Below are positions 9,711 through 19,400 of a stretch of 42,797 nt of DNA, in pieces. Origin of the DNA: an uncultured Nitrosospira sp. (GTDB taxonomy: Bacteria > Nitrospirota > Nitrospiria > Nitrospirales > Nitrospiraceae); contig CAADGJ010000223.1 of assembly GCA_900696505.1 (NCBI GenBank), positions 1 to 42,797 on the forward strand. Direction: 5' to 3'. The notes beneath the pieces were generated by a model. The model was not told the origin of the DNA. It did not search any database and was given only the letters and a program-made list of their open reading frames with translations. Each line of letters opens with the position of its first letter. Position 1 is the stretch's first letter. Both the position numbers and the translations under genes were made by a program.

Positions 9711-10478
9711 ATGAAATTCGAATTAACCGTTGAGAGTAGAGAAGGTGGAGGCAAAGGCCCAGCGCGTCAACTTCGTCGGGCCGGCCGCGTACCGGCGGTT
9801 CTGTATGGGCAGGGAGAATGTCTCCTGCTGTCCGTCAAGCCGGATGAACTGGTCAAAGTTTTGCGGTCACAAGCCGGATCCACGGCACTCATTTCCCTCA
9901 CGATCAACGGGGCGAAAAGCAAACCCAACCGTACGGCGCTGTTGCGCGAGTTTCAAGTCGATCCGATCACGAGCAGCGTGTTGCATGCGGATTTCTTCGA
10001 AGTCGCCATGGATAAGCCGATCCGCGTGAAGGTGCCTATCCATTTGACCGGCGGTCAGCCGATCGGCCTCAAAGAGGGCGGCGTGCTGCATCAGGCCTTG
10101 CGCGAACTGCATGTCGAATGTCTCCCGTCTGTGTTGCCGGACTTCATCGCCGTCGACGCTTCGCAATTGCAGATAAATGAAGGTATCCATCTCAAGGATA
10201 TTCCCAAGACCGAAGGCTTGCGCTTCCTGGATGATCCTGACCACATGGTCGTGAGCGTGGCGGCGCCGATGACCGATGCCAAGCTGGAATCCCTGCTTGC
10301 CACGGGTGCAGCCGGGGCTGAAGGCGCCAAGGAACCGGAAGTGGCCGCCAAGGGGAAAGCGGCGGCTGAAGGGGCGGCTGGTGCGGAAGCCGGTAAGGCC
10401 GGTGACGCCAAGGCCGGGGCGGCTGCGCCCAAGGCGGGGGCGGCTCCAGCCAAGAAGGAACCAGAGAAGAAGAAGTAG
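9711..10478 (+). CDS. rplY: 50S ribosomal protein bL25/Ctc with an Ala/Lys/Glu-rich tail
   Basis: ARQLRRAGRVPAVLYG, QVDPI...LHADF; prs-rplY-pth context. Confidence 0.95.
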   Translation: MKFELTVESREGGGKGPARQLRRAGRVPAVLYGQGECLLLSVKPDELVKVLRSQAGSTALISLTINGAKSKPNRTALLREFQVDPITSSVLHADFFEVAMDKPIRVKVPIHLTGGQPIGLKEGGVLHQALRELHVECLPSVLPDFIAVDASQLQINEGIHLKDIPKTEGLRFLDDPDHMVVSVAAPMTDAKLESLLATGAAGAEGAKEPEVAAKGKAAAEGAAGAEAGKAGDAKAGAAAPKAGAAPAKKEPEKKK

Positions 10479-11062
10479 TGGCGTTGCGCCTTCTCGTTGG
10501 ATTGGGGAATCCCGGAGCCGAGTATGCCGAGACCCGGCACAACATCGGCTGTTGGGTGATCGAACGGGCGGCGGCACGATGGTCGATACGTCTCACCAGG
10601 AAAGGCGCGGCCCAGCGAGGCTCGGGTCGCGCCGGTTCCAAACTCGTCGAGCTGGCCCAAACGCTCGACTGGATGAATCTTAGCGGTCCCCCCCTCAAAG
10701 GTCTCCTGCGTGAACTTGGTCTGACGCCCGAGTCCTTGGTCGTCGTGCATGACGACCTGGATCTGGACCCGGGTCGATTGCGCATCAGGCAAGACGGCGG
10801 CAGCGGGGGGCACAATGGTCTCAAGTCGATCATCGAAGCTCTGGGCACGCCTAAGTTCGTCCGCTTGAAGGTCGGAGTGGGGCGCCCGGCTCCGCGGCAA
10901 GACTCCGCAGACTATGTGCTGGAGCCTGTCTCATCTGAGGAACGAGCCCTGTACGCCCCCTGTCTTGACCGCGCCGTCGATGCGCTGGAGTTGCTCTTGA
11001 ATCGCGATGTCGCCACGGCGATGAATCAATTCAACGTGCGGGAAAAGCTGGACGACAAATAA
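10478..11062 (+). CDS. pth: Peptidyl-tRNA hydrolase
   Basis: GLGNPG, TRHNIG, MNLSG, HDDLDL and GGHNGLKS motifs. Confidence 0.96.
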   Translation: MALRLLVGLGNPGAEYAETRHNIGCWVIERAAARWSIRLTRKGAAQRGSGRAGSKLVELAQTLDWMNLSGPPLKGLLRELGLTPESLVVVHDDLDLDPGRLRIRQDGGSGGHNGLKSIIEALGTPKFVRLKVGVGRPAPRQDSADYVLEPVSSEERALYAPCLDRAVDALELLLNRDVATAMNQFNVREKLDDK

Positions 11063-11261
11063 GTATTGTTCAATCCCTCTCACCTGTCCGGACCGTTCGT
11101 CATCCCCCCCAAAAACCAACGCTTTTATTCGGTGGCGTGTTCATTCGAAGAACGTGGTCCTACGATGACGCATTCATGGCAGGGCTTCTCAAGTCGGCAG
11201 CAGCCATCTCTCTCCCTGTGGTAGAGTGAACTATTCGCGTTACCTTGGGAGAATCACGACG

Positions 11262-12461
11262 ATGCCAGTTCAATCGCCTCTCTCACTCGCCGCGTTCGAC
11301 CTCTCCTCTGAGCGCGGCTTTCTTCCTGCCACAGACCCCTTGGACCAGCTTCCTGAAGAGCCAATCATCAACCAGATCGGGACGGAGTTACCGAAATTCC
11401 TCACCGCCCGGCAGTTCCGTCAGTTTATTCAGGATCGGTCAGATATTATGGGCCCTGTGGCGGACGATTGGGGGCTTGATGTCTTCCGTTCGGCCATGCG
11501 AACCCTGTCGTTTGCCGGCCATGCCTACGTGTGGGAGGACCCGGACCATCCGGCTCCCAGTTTGCCCGCCAGCATCGCTGTGCCGTGGTATCGCATCGCT
11601 CAGCAATTAGGCCGTCCGCCGGTCCTGTCGTACGCCTCCTATGCGTTGCACAACTGGCGCCGGATCAATCCACACCAACCGATTGAGCTCGGAAACATTG
11701 TGCTCCTCCAGAATTTCCTGGGCGGGCTTGATGAGGAATGGTTTGTTTTGATCCACATCGATATCGAAGCGAAGGCCGGACCTGGATTGCAGGGGCTGAT
11801 TGATGCGCAGAATGCCGCGCAGGCGGATGACGCGGAATCGGTGCTGGCCGGGTTACGTGCGCTCGCCGTTGCGCAGGAGGCGATGCGGGAGACACTCCTT
11901 CGTATGCCGGAACGGTGCGATCCCTACATTTATTACAGTCGCGTACGACCCTTTATCCATGGATGGAAGAATAGTCCGGCACTGCCAGATGGGCTGATGT
12001 ACGAAGGGGTGACGGACTATGATGAACGCCCGCAGCAATTCCGCGGAGAAACCGGCTCGCAAAGTTCCATTGTGCCGGCGTTGGATGCCGGGCTTGGTGT
12101 GCTCCATGCCGATGATCCCCTGACGCAATATCTGGTCGAGATGCGGGACTATATGCCGCCACGCCACCGCGCATTTGTGGCTGCACTGGAGGCGCGTACA
12201 GACGGGCAGCAGCGGCCACTGCTTTACGGGTATGCTCGCGACCGTAAGACGACGCATCCGCAATTATGGAAGGCATTCTGCACCTGCGTGGACTTGCTGG
12301 CCCAGTTTCGTGACATTCATGTCGGGTATGCCGAGCGGTACATCTTTCGTCAACACCAGTCGCATGCGAGTAATCCGACCTCCGTCGGCACAGGCGGGAC
12401 GCCATTTATGCCTTATCTGAACAAGCACCTGGAGGAGACCAAGCAACTCATTCAGGACTAG
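11262..12461 (+). CDS. Indoleamine 2,3-dioxygenase family heme protein (IDO/PrnB-like)
   Basis: RGFLP, PPVLSYASYALHNW, EEWFVLIH, RVRPFIHGW, GETGSQSS, MRDYMP, FRxxH proximal His and C-terminal GTGGT, all matching IDO motifs; GGGAGA RBS before the ATG at 11262. Confidence 0.88.
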   Translation: MPVQSPLSLAAFDLSSERGFLPATDPLDQLPEEPIINQIGTELPKFLTARQFRQFIQDRSDIMGPVADDWGLDVFRSAMRTLSFAGHAYVWEDPDHPAPSLPASIAVPWYRIAQQLGRPPVLSYASYALHNWRRINPHQPIELGNIVLLQNFLGGLDEEWFVLIHIDIEAKAGPGLQGLIDAQNAAQADDAESVLAGLRALAVAQEAMRETLLRMPERCDPYIYYSRVRPFIHGWKNSPALPDGLMYEGVTDYDERPQQFRGETGSQSSIVPALDAGLGVLHADDPLTQYLVEMRDYMPPRHRAFVAALEARTDGQQRPLLYGYARDRKTTHPQLWKAFCTCVDLLAQFRDIHVGYAERYIFRQHQSHASNPTSVGTGGTPFMPYLNKHLEETKQLIQD

Positions 12462-12552
12462 TCGGCAGCACGAGTGGCGCCGTGCTCCGTTTCGGACTGG
12501 AATACTGCCGCCAGAGTTCGTACACTGCCCCCGTGCCGATGCGAGTCGACTT

Positions 12553-12765
12553 ATGCGTAAACCCGGCGAACCCATTTACCTTCGGATACACCTAATTGCT
12601 CTGGCCTTGGTGCTGCTGGCCACGGTGGCATTGCCTCGCGCGGCGGAGTTTTTTCTGGGGCCGCTGAGCTTCGGCACCCGCGCATTAGCGGGGATCGCGA
12701 TCGCTGTCGCGGGAGGCATTGCGCTGTACATGCTCTATAATGCTTCCGCTCGCAATGAACCCTAG
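12553..12765 (+). CDS. Small two-TM membrane protein, hypothetical
   Basis: 70 aa with two hydrophobic helices; same strand as its neighbours; weak RBS. Confidence 0.65.
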   Translation: MRKPGEPIYLRIHLIALALVLLATVALPRAAEFFLGPLSFGTRALAGIAIAVAGGIALYMLYNASARNEP

Positions 12766-12974
12766 CAGTCAGGAGTTGCTCCTCTCGCTTTCACGGCAGA
12801 CTCGCTGAATCGATCGCGAAGTATTCCGCATTGATCCTGTCCCACGTGCCGGTACCCCGCTCTGACCGTCTGTGCAATTCGACATCACGGAAGTCGGAAC
12901 AGCAAAGTTGTCCAGTCTTCTACGCCGGGCGCCTGTTATGATGATGGTAAGCCTCGCCCATGGAGCACTTCACC

Positions 12975-13613
12975 ATGGCATCGATTCGTTACGTGCGCAG
13001 CAGGCTTTCAGTCGTATCGTTATTGGCAGTACTCCTCCTTGCTCCCGTCGCGTCCGAGGCTGAATGGTATGCGGCCGCTCAGCTGGGGGGGAATTTCGCC
13101 GATCCTATCCGGAACGTGCGAGGAAGTGGGTCTCTCGCCGGGTTGGAGGCGCCTAATTTCAATCTGAAGACCAGTCCCGCGTTCGGCGGAAAGCTGGGCG
13201 TGTTCCCCAATCATGGAATCCTGGGAATTGAATTAGATGTCTCCCATAGCACTCCGCATATCAAAAATCTCGACGATGTGCCGGGCATTCACCTCTCTGT
13301 GACCAATATCGGACCGAGCGTCATTCTGCGGTATCCCGGCATGACGTGGCAGCCGTATATTGGCGTTGGCCCAGCCCTGTTGGTGGCGCATCTTGGCCGA
13401 TCTACAACGACGGAAAGCGACACGCAAGTGTCGCTCGGCGCAAATGTGCTGGCCGGTATTCGTGCCTTCGTCACACCGAAGGTCGCAGTGTTCACCGAAT
13501 ATAAGTACACCGATTCGACGTTTCGCTTCGGCGGAGCGTTCGGGCCGGTAGGCGGATTCGACGGGACCTATCGCGCCCATCAACTGTTCATGGGGCTGTC
13601 TTACCACTTCTAG
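12975..13613 (+). CDS. Outer-membrane beta-barrel protein (OmpA/Ail-like, about 8 strands)
   Basis: Signal peptide (..ASEA|EWY), alternating amphipathic strands (WQPYIGVG, VFTEYKY) and C-terminal beta-signal GLSYHF; GGAG RBS before 12975. Confidence 0.85.
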   Translation: MASIRYVRSRLSVVSLLAVLLLAPVASEAEWYAAAQLGGNFADPIRNVRGSGSLAGLEAPNFNLKTSPAFGGKLGVFPNHGILGIELDVSHSTPHIKNLDDVPGIHLSVTNIGPSVILRYPGMTWQPYIGVGPALLVAHLGRSTTTESDTQVSLGANVLAGIRAFVTPKVAVFTEYKYTDSTFRFGGAFGPVGGFDGTYRAHQLFMGLSYHF

Positions 13614-13624
13614 CGAGGTGCGGC

Positions 13625-13924
13625 ATGATACGAGCAATTATCTGGAGCTGCATGATTGGTAGCCTCCTGCTGACGGCGGGCTGCGCGGAGTCCTGGCATC
13701 AGGGGCAGCGGCACACAGTATGGAACCACCAGTACAATGCCGGGTATGGGAGCGCACCGGTCTATGGGGGAGCAGGATACTGGTGGAATCCATTCGGATA
13801 TTATGGCCCCGGCTATGGATGGTATGGCGGCGGCTCTGGCGGCAGCCATCACTCATCGAGTGCGCCGGCACCTCGGCCGACTCCGCCGGATAACGCGCCG
13901 CCCCAGTTCCAGAAAAAGTATTGA
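13625..13924 (+). CDS. Gly/Tyr/Trp-rich lipoprotein A (99 aa)
   Basis: Lipobox LTAG|C; GY-rich core; Pro-rich linker; ends APPQFQKKY; GAGGT RBS 11 nt after the barrel stop. Confidence 0.8.
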   Translation: MIRAIIWSCMIGSLLLTAGCAESWHQGQRHTVWNHQYNAGYGSAPVYGGAGYWWNPFGYYGPGYGWYGGGSGGSHHSSSAPAPRPTPPDNAPPQFQKKY

Positions 13925-13945
13925 TTCGGAGAGATCATCGTCGCC

Positions 13946-14341
13946 ATGCACAGACGAATGGTAATTGCACATGAAGCAGTACGTACACGCCTCCGCGCAT
14001 GCGCCGTGGCATTCTGTGCCGTGATCTTGATGTCGGCCTGTGCCCAGTCAGTGCACCAGACGCAACGACTGGCCCAGCAAGACTTCATGCTCGACCCCGG
14101 CTATGCGGGCGCCCAAAATTATTCCTATTGGCCTGGACCCGGATACGGGTACGGCATCGGATATGGGGCGGGGTATTGGGGCGGGCCGCTGGGATACTAT
14201 GGTGGACCGTACGGTCCATTAGGCTTTGGCTGGTACGGTGGATATGGAGGATTCGGTGCGGCGCGTCCGCCATCGAGTATGCAGGGACCGCGTCCTTCGC
14301 CACCGCCACACGCGCCTCCGCAGTTCAGAAAGAAATACTGA
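13946..14341 (+). CDS. Gly/Tyr/Trp-rich lipoprotein B, paralog of A
   Basis: Lipobox MSA|C; aligns with A along its length (CAxSxHQxQR, GAGYW..P.GYYG, GWYGG, PRPxPPxxAPPQFRKKY). Confidence 0.8.
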   Translation: MHRRMVIAHEAVRTRLRACAVAFCAVILMSACAQSVHQTQRLAQQDFMLDPGYAGAQNYSYWPGPGYGYGIGYGAGYWGGPLGYYGGPYGPLGFGWYGGYGGFGAARPPSSMQGPRPSPPPHAPPQFRKKY

Positions 14342-14400
14342 GCGGAGGTGCAGCGCTGCGGTTCTGTTCTATTAGTGAATCGCCTGAAGTGAGAAGTGCC

Positions 14401-14473
14401 GTATCAATGTGATACGCACCGCCTGAATCCATTCTGTATCCATTCCAATACTGCCTTGTATCCAAATCGATAA
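14401..14473. promoter_or_regulatory. Cluster of GTATC-N5/6-GATAC-like palindromes, putative enhancer (bEBP) sites
   Basis: GTATC-aatgt-GATAC (14401-14415), GTATC-cattcc-AATAC (14436-14451) and GTATC-caaatc-GATAA (14458-14473), about 210-280 nt upstream of a sigma-54 box. Confidence 0.5.
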
Positions 14474-14679
14474 GAAACCATTCCCATCCTCTGCAGACGG
14501 CGCATCCTCTGCGCCACAATTGAAGCTATTCATCTTTCTAAAGCATTGCTCGCACACAGCGCCACTCAGAGCATTGTGCATACGTGAAAACCGCATTTGC
14601 TCGGGGATGAGGATGGTCACGCTTCCATCCGTGAGCCTCGCCGTATGTATTTATTCGTTGGGTCAGGCAGGAAATAGCT

Positions 14680-14695
14680 TGGCAAGTATTGTGCA
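14680..14695 (+). promoter_or_regulatory. Sigma-54 (-24/-12) promoter of the multicopper oxidase operon
   Basis: TGGCAAGTATTGTGCA matches TGGCAC-N5-TTGCW with the correct GG-N10-GC spacing. Confidence 0.65.
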
Positions 14696-14840
14696 ATCTG
14701 GTATCTCGTGCCCGGCCTCATGCGGACTCAGTAGTCATACCCCTACGTACTCCCATCGTGCGGGTTGCTGCTTCCGGGCCTGATCCCATGTCAATACATT
14801 GAAGTTAGGTGGCCGTCTGTTTCCAGGAGGAGGATTCTCG

Positions 14841-16397
14841 ATGCGTGTACCGTCCACTGTCACCGTATGGATGATCGGTGTACTTGTCTTATTGGGTATA
14901 GCTCCGCCACGCCATGCATTGTCGCAGGCGGTGATTCCCTTTCACATCGTGGGACACATCCAGCGGCTCACGCTCGACAGCCCGGCGGATCCCCTGTCCG
15001 GCGCTAAGCTGACGGTGAATGGCGTGGAGGTGGTGCTGCCGAAGAATCTCGTGATTCAGTTGCCCGCCGCGTACTTCACTGCGCAGCAACTCTTCGATAA
15101 GGCCCAGGGCGTCTCAAAAAAATATGGCGAATCCGGGCTTGCACTGAGCGACAAGTTTCCCCCATTGGCGGCTTTTGAAGCGGACGTCAGCGGGAATATT
15201 GTCAATGGGCTCTATATCGCCGGGCTAGTCACGATCTCGCAACAATCGTTGAATACCGGCGCCGGTTTCATCCATCACATCGATACGGCGACCGGCATGA
15301 TGTGTGTGGGGGGGAGTCCGACAGCAGCGGCCTGCGCCGGCAACGATACGCGCATTCGCCTGAATGATCCCGCCTTGGATGCCTCGGATCCCTTTGCAGG
15401 AGATGGTCGTTACGGCAAGCCGAATCCGGCGCCCCCACCGGTTGGTCTGGATGATCCGAACTCTCGCTACCCTGATCCACGTTTTACCGTCGATCAAGGC
15501 AATCCCACGGTGCATGCGCTGACCGGCTATCCCATGTGCGTGCCGCGCGCCACCAATGACGCGCAATGCCCGAGTCAGAATCGACCGGCGGAGCTCACCT
15601 TCGTCATGGACTCCGTCGATCTGGTGCCGCCGGTCAAGTTTGGAAACAATGCGATCAAGGCCTGCCCGTCGTGCGATGCGAATAAGCAAGCCCCGGTGCG
15701 GGTTGGCGACTACATCACGTTTTCGGGGACGAGGGCTCGTGATCCGCTGGCAGGAGATTTTCTGTCCGTGCATACGCTGGTCGCGAACGTCGGTATCTAC
15801 ACCAAGCCCGGTGGGCGCGCGTACGTGAGCCTGGAGGAGTCGCTGCTGGGAACGAGGGGGCCGGTCGTGGACTGCGGCGCGGCTGCTGAATGTCAGGACC
15901 GCTTGAAAGTCGAAGGCTTCACGACTGATCCAAGTCGGCGTGTCAGCGTCTATGCGGTAGATGTGGTGCCAGGCGGAGTTCCTAAGGTCCGGTTACTTCA
16001 CAGCACGGAAAAGGATCAAGCCGTCTTTGGTCGCTTCCGCTACGTTCCACCATTGACCGCCGCTACGCTCTTTGATTTCAACGGAAGTTTGAAGGGAGCC
16101 ACGCGCGAGCTGATGGTGCGCATTGACGACCCCGCGCCGCTATCGGACGGCAGCGATGTCCCGAGCGCACCCAAGGCTGCCCATGGTCTGACCGCCGGCA
16201 TCTATGTCGCACCGGTCGGCGAATATATTTTCCCGGAACCAACTGGTGTGCAAGGCGGGGCTCAACCAGCCCTGAATTTCCAATGTCTGGCATTTCTCGC
16301 CAACGGATGGGCGCTTCCCGATAGCGGGTTGCCCAATATTCCTCGCCTGACACCTTGGCCGGGCGTCGCAACCCCGACGTTTTCCTGCACGCAATAA
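14841..16397 (+). CDS. Secreted Cys-rich hypothetical protein, first gene of the multicopper oxidase operon
   Basis: AGGAGG RBS; Sec signal peptide; beta/Pro-rich; 10 Cys in the mature part; no catalytic motif recognised. Confidence 0.8.
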   Translation: MRVPSTVTVWMIGVLVLLGIAPPRHALSQAVIPFHIVGHIQRLTLDSPADPLSGAKLTVNGVEVVLPKNLVIQLPAAYFTAQQLFDKAQGVSKKYGESGLALSDKFPPLAAFEADVSGNIVNGLYIAGLVTISQQSLNTGAGFIHHIDTATGMMCVGGSPTAAACAGNDTRIRLNDPALDASDPFAGDGRYGKPNPAPPPVGLDDPNSRYPDPRFTVDQGNPTVHALTGYPMCVPRATNDAQCPSQNRPAELTFVMDSVDLVPPVKFGNNAIKACPSCDANKQAPVRVGDYITFSGTRARDPLAGDFLSVHTLVANVGIYTKPGGRAYVSLEESLLGTRGPVVDCGAAAECQDRLKVEGFTTDPSRRVSVYAVDVVPGGVPKVRLLHSTEKDQAVFGRFRYVPPLTAATLFDFNGSLKGATRELMVRIDDPAPLSDGSDVPSAPKAAHGLTAGIYVAPVGEYIFPEPTGVQGGAQPALNFQCLAFLANGWALPDSGLPNIPRLTPWPGVATPTFSCTQ

Positions 16398-16437
16398 GGT
16401 GTGATTGTCACGAATGAGCCCAGTGGAGACCTTGACC

Positions 16438-19400
16438 ATGCGAGATGATGAATTTGTTCCAGCGTCTACCCAATTGAGTGCGGACATGCCTGGCGAAGAT
16501 GTTCAAGGCGCTCCATCAAGACCGCACGTATGTACGTTCAGCGTAGTGGCCAAAACCGCAGCGATTGTCAGTCTGTCCCTGCTCTGGTGGGGGTGCGCCA
16601 AGCCGAAAATGCCGGAATCCCAGCAGGTGGTGAAACCGGCCTGTGAGAGGACTATCACGGCTGAAGTCGTGGCCTTGGACCAGGTGTATTACTACAACCG
16701 GTTCGGAGCATTTAATCCGGCCGGCATCATGTTCGCGCTGAGACGGGATGTTGTGCATGCCGATGAGGAAGACCTTCTCAATGGCGACCTGGACAATCGG
16801 TCGGACGAACAAGAGAAGGCAATTACCCTTCAGCATGGGCCTGCCGATCTCGGCTTGGCTGGGAATGTGAAATTGCGTTCCGATAAGCGGCCTCGCCCGC
16901 TGGTGCTTCGGGCCAATGAAGGAGACTGTCTGGATGTGACCTTCACGAACCTGCTTTCTCCCGAGACGAACGGCCAGGAAGTCATGCTTGATCCGGAAAA
17001 GCGGCTCTCCCGGCCGGACAAGCGCGTGACCGCCGTTAGTGACAGCGATGAACCGTCGACCAGACATGCCTCCATGCATGTGAACGGATTGAGTTTGGTG
17101 GATTCCATCGACTCTCAGGGCGCGAATGTCGGTCGCAATGGATGGCATGACCAAAGCGGGAACAAGACCGATGGCCGGTGTTCATCCAACCGAAGTGATT
17201 TTGGCAAAGATCTGTGCGCGCTGGCGGCACCCGGTGAAACCAGAACGTACAGGTGGTACGCCAAAAAGGAAGGGACGTTTTTTCTCTATTCCATGGGGGC
17301 ACCTGCCGGCGGCGAGGGAGACGGCGGGCAAGTCGGATTAGGCCTGTTCGGGGCGATCAATGTACAGCCTCGTGGCGCAAAGTGGTATCGCTCCCAGGTG
17401 ACTGAGAAGGACTTGAAAGCCGCCAGCTATAAGCAAGAGACGAAATTCGGTCAGCCGGTCATTGATTATGAGGCTACGTACAAGAACGAGCCACATGCCG
17501 GTGACCCGATTTTGAATATGCTCAAGTGTGATCCGCGAGACAACCGGCAGTGCGAGCTTGTCCATTCGGACCTGAATGCCGTGATCGATATCGACCGGGA
17601 AAACGGCTGCGAGAAAATGGGCGAAGGTAATGCTTGTGGAAAACCGTACCGGGAATTTACCGTGATTTTCCATGATGAGATCACCGCCGTCCAGGCGTTC
17701 GATGAAATCCGGGAGGAAGGAAGTCCGCTGAGTTCACTGCGCGACGGCATGGGCATCAATTACGGGGCCTCTGGCGTAGGGTCGATGGTTGTGGCCAACC
17801 GCAACAAGCTCGGCCCGGCGCGAGATTGTGTGGAATGCAAACTCGAAGAATTCTTCCTCACCTCCTGGGTCAATGGCGATCCGGCGATGGTGGTCGGGTA
17901 TGAGCGGGGGAAAGACGGCAGTTACAAGAAGGACGGGAACGGACGATTCGTAATGCAGGCGCGGTATCCCGACGATCCCTCCAATGTGCATCATTCCTAT
18001 CTCGGCGATCCCGTCCGATTCCGGAACATGCATGCGGGTCCCAAGGAGACCCATGTGTTCCATTTGCATGCGCATCAATGGGTCGAGGATAAGCACGATC
18101 CCCTCTCCCATTATCTCGACTCACAGACGATCTCGCCAGGCACGACCTTTTCGTACGAGGTGCATTACGGCGGCTCCGGCAACCGCAATCTCGGACCGGG
18201 CGATTCCATTTTCCATTGTCACCTCTATCCCCATTTTGCGCAGGGGATGTGGGAACTCTGGCGGACGCACGATGTGTTTGAAAATGGAGGCTACGACCGC
18301 CGGTTGAAGGACCACGATATTGCCGCGGGCACTCCCACACCGGCCATTGTGCCATTGCCTCGTACCCCGCTGCCCCCTATGCCGACTCCGACGTTCAAGG
18401 GCTATCCGTTCTATATCGCCGGAGAAATCGGCCATCGACCTCCTCAGCCGCCGCTCGATCTGGAAGGCGGGGACGATGCCGGCACGCTTCGCCGACACGT
18501 GGTGGCAGGGGGGACGGTGCACGACGCGCTGGATGCGCAGGGGCCGAAGGAGATGAAGCAGGCTCCGCCGATGAACCATGACTTGTTTGATAAGGGGCGG
18601 CAGCAGTCGGCACAGATTGCCGCGCGTGTAGGTACCCAGAATACCGACAAAGATTTAGTCGGGTTGGCGCGCGAATTGGTCACGGCGAAACTGGATGTGA
18701 AGGCGACCGCCGGCACGACAGACGAAAAAGAGGCAATGAAGTTTCATGCTGGAATGTCTCAGGTGAACGGTGCTTCTGCCGTTCGCCCGGGAGATCCGGG
18801 GTGGACCTACAGTCCGTATAACTGGGAAGCGCCTGGGTATGTCACCTGTCTCTCTAACGGACTCTGCGACGACCCTCACGGGACGCGCGTGTTGTTCCAT
18901 GTGAACGGAGGTGGGAACATTGCGGAGGCCAAACGCGGAGAGGGGGAATCCGGTGCACCGTTTTCAAACCCCTGTCCCAAGCAATTCATCGATGAGAAGG
19001 GTGGCGTGCATGACGTGAAGACGCGCGAGTATCGCGCCGTCTATATCCAGATGAATATGACGGTCAACAAATCGGGCTGGCATGATCCGCAAGCCCGTTT
19101 TCCCGTCTTGGAACAAGACGTGAAAGAGACGCTGGACGGGACTCGCCCCACGGAGCCGCTGTTCTTCCGGGCGCAGTCAGGGGAGTGCGTGGTCTTTCAC
19201 GCGACCAACCTGATTCCGAGCAATCTCAACCTGGATGATTTTCAAGTCTATACGCCGACCGATACGATCGGTCAGCACATCCATCTGGTGAAATTCGACG
19301 TCACCTCATCGGATGGATCAGGCAATGGATGGAACTATGAAGATGGCACGTTAGCCGCCGATGAAGTGCGGGAGCGAATCCAGGCCTACAATAAGACGAA

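Noticed and set aside
9867-10900. Several long antisense ORFs over rplY/pth
   Set aside because: They arise from the low-complexity Ala/Lys-rich rplY tail and high GC.
12462-12510. Nested hairpins after the IDO gene as an ncRNA
   Set aside because: Short GC-rich stems expected by chance; no recognisable family or U-tract.
13625-14341. GY-rich repeats as a CRISPR array or DNA tandem repeat, or as a classical RiPP cluster
   Set aside because: The repetition is at protein level, with no fixed repeat-spacer period and no cas genes. No YcaO, radical SAM, lanthipeptide enzyme or peptidase-transporter is adjacent, and the ORFs have lipoprotein signals.
14342-14840. Short ORFs in the intergenic region before the oxidase operon
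   Set aside because: No RBS or protein-like composition; the region is better explained as an enhancer plus sigma-54 promoter.
17820-17845. DCVECK in the oxidase (and CPSC in the upstream protein) as heme-binding sites
   Set aside because: No His follows CxxC, so these are not c-type heme motifs.
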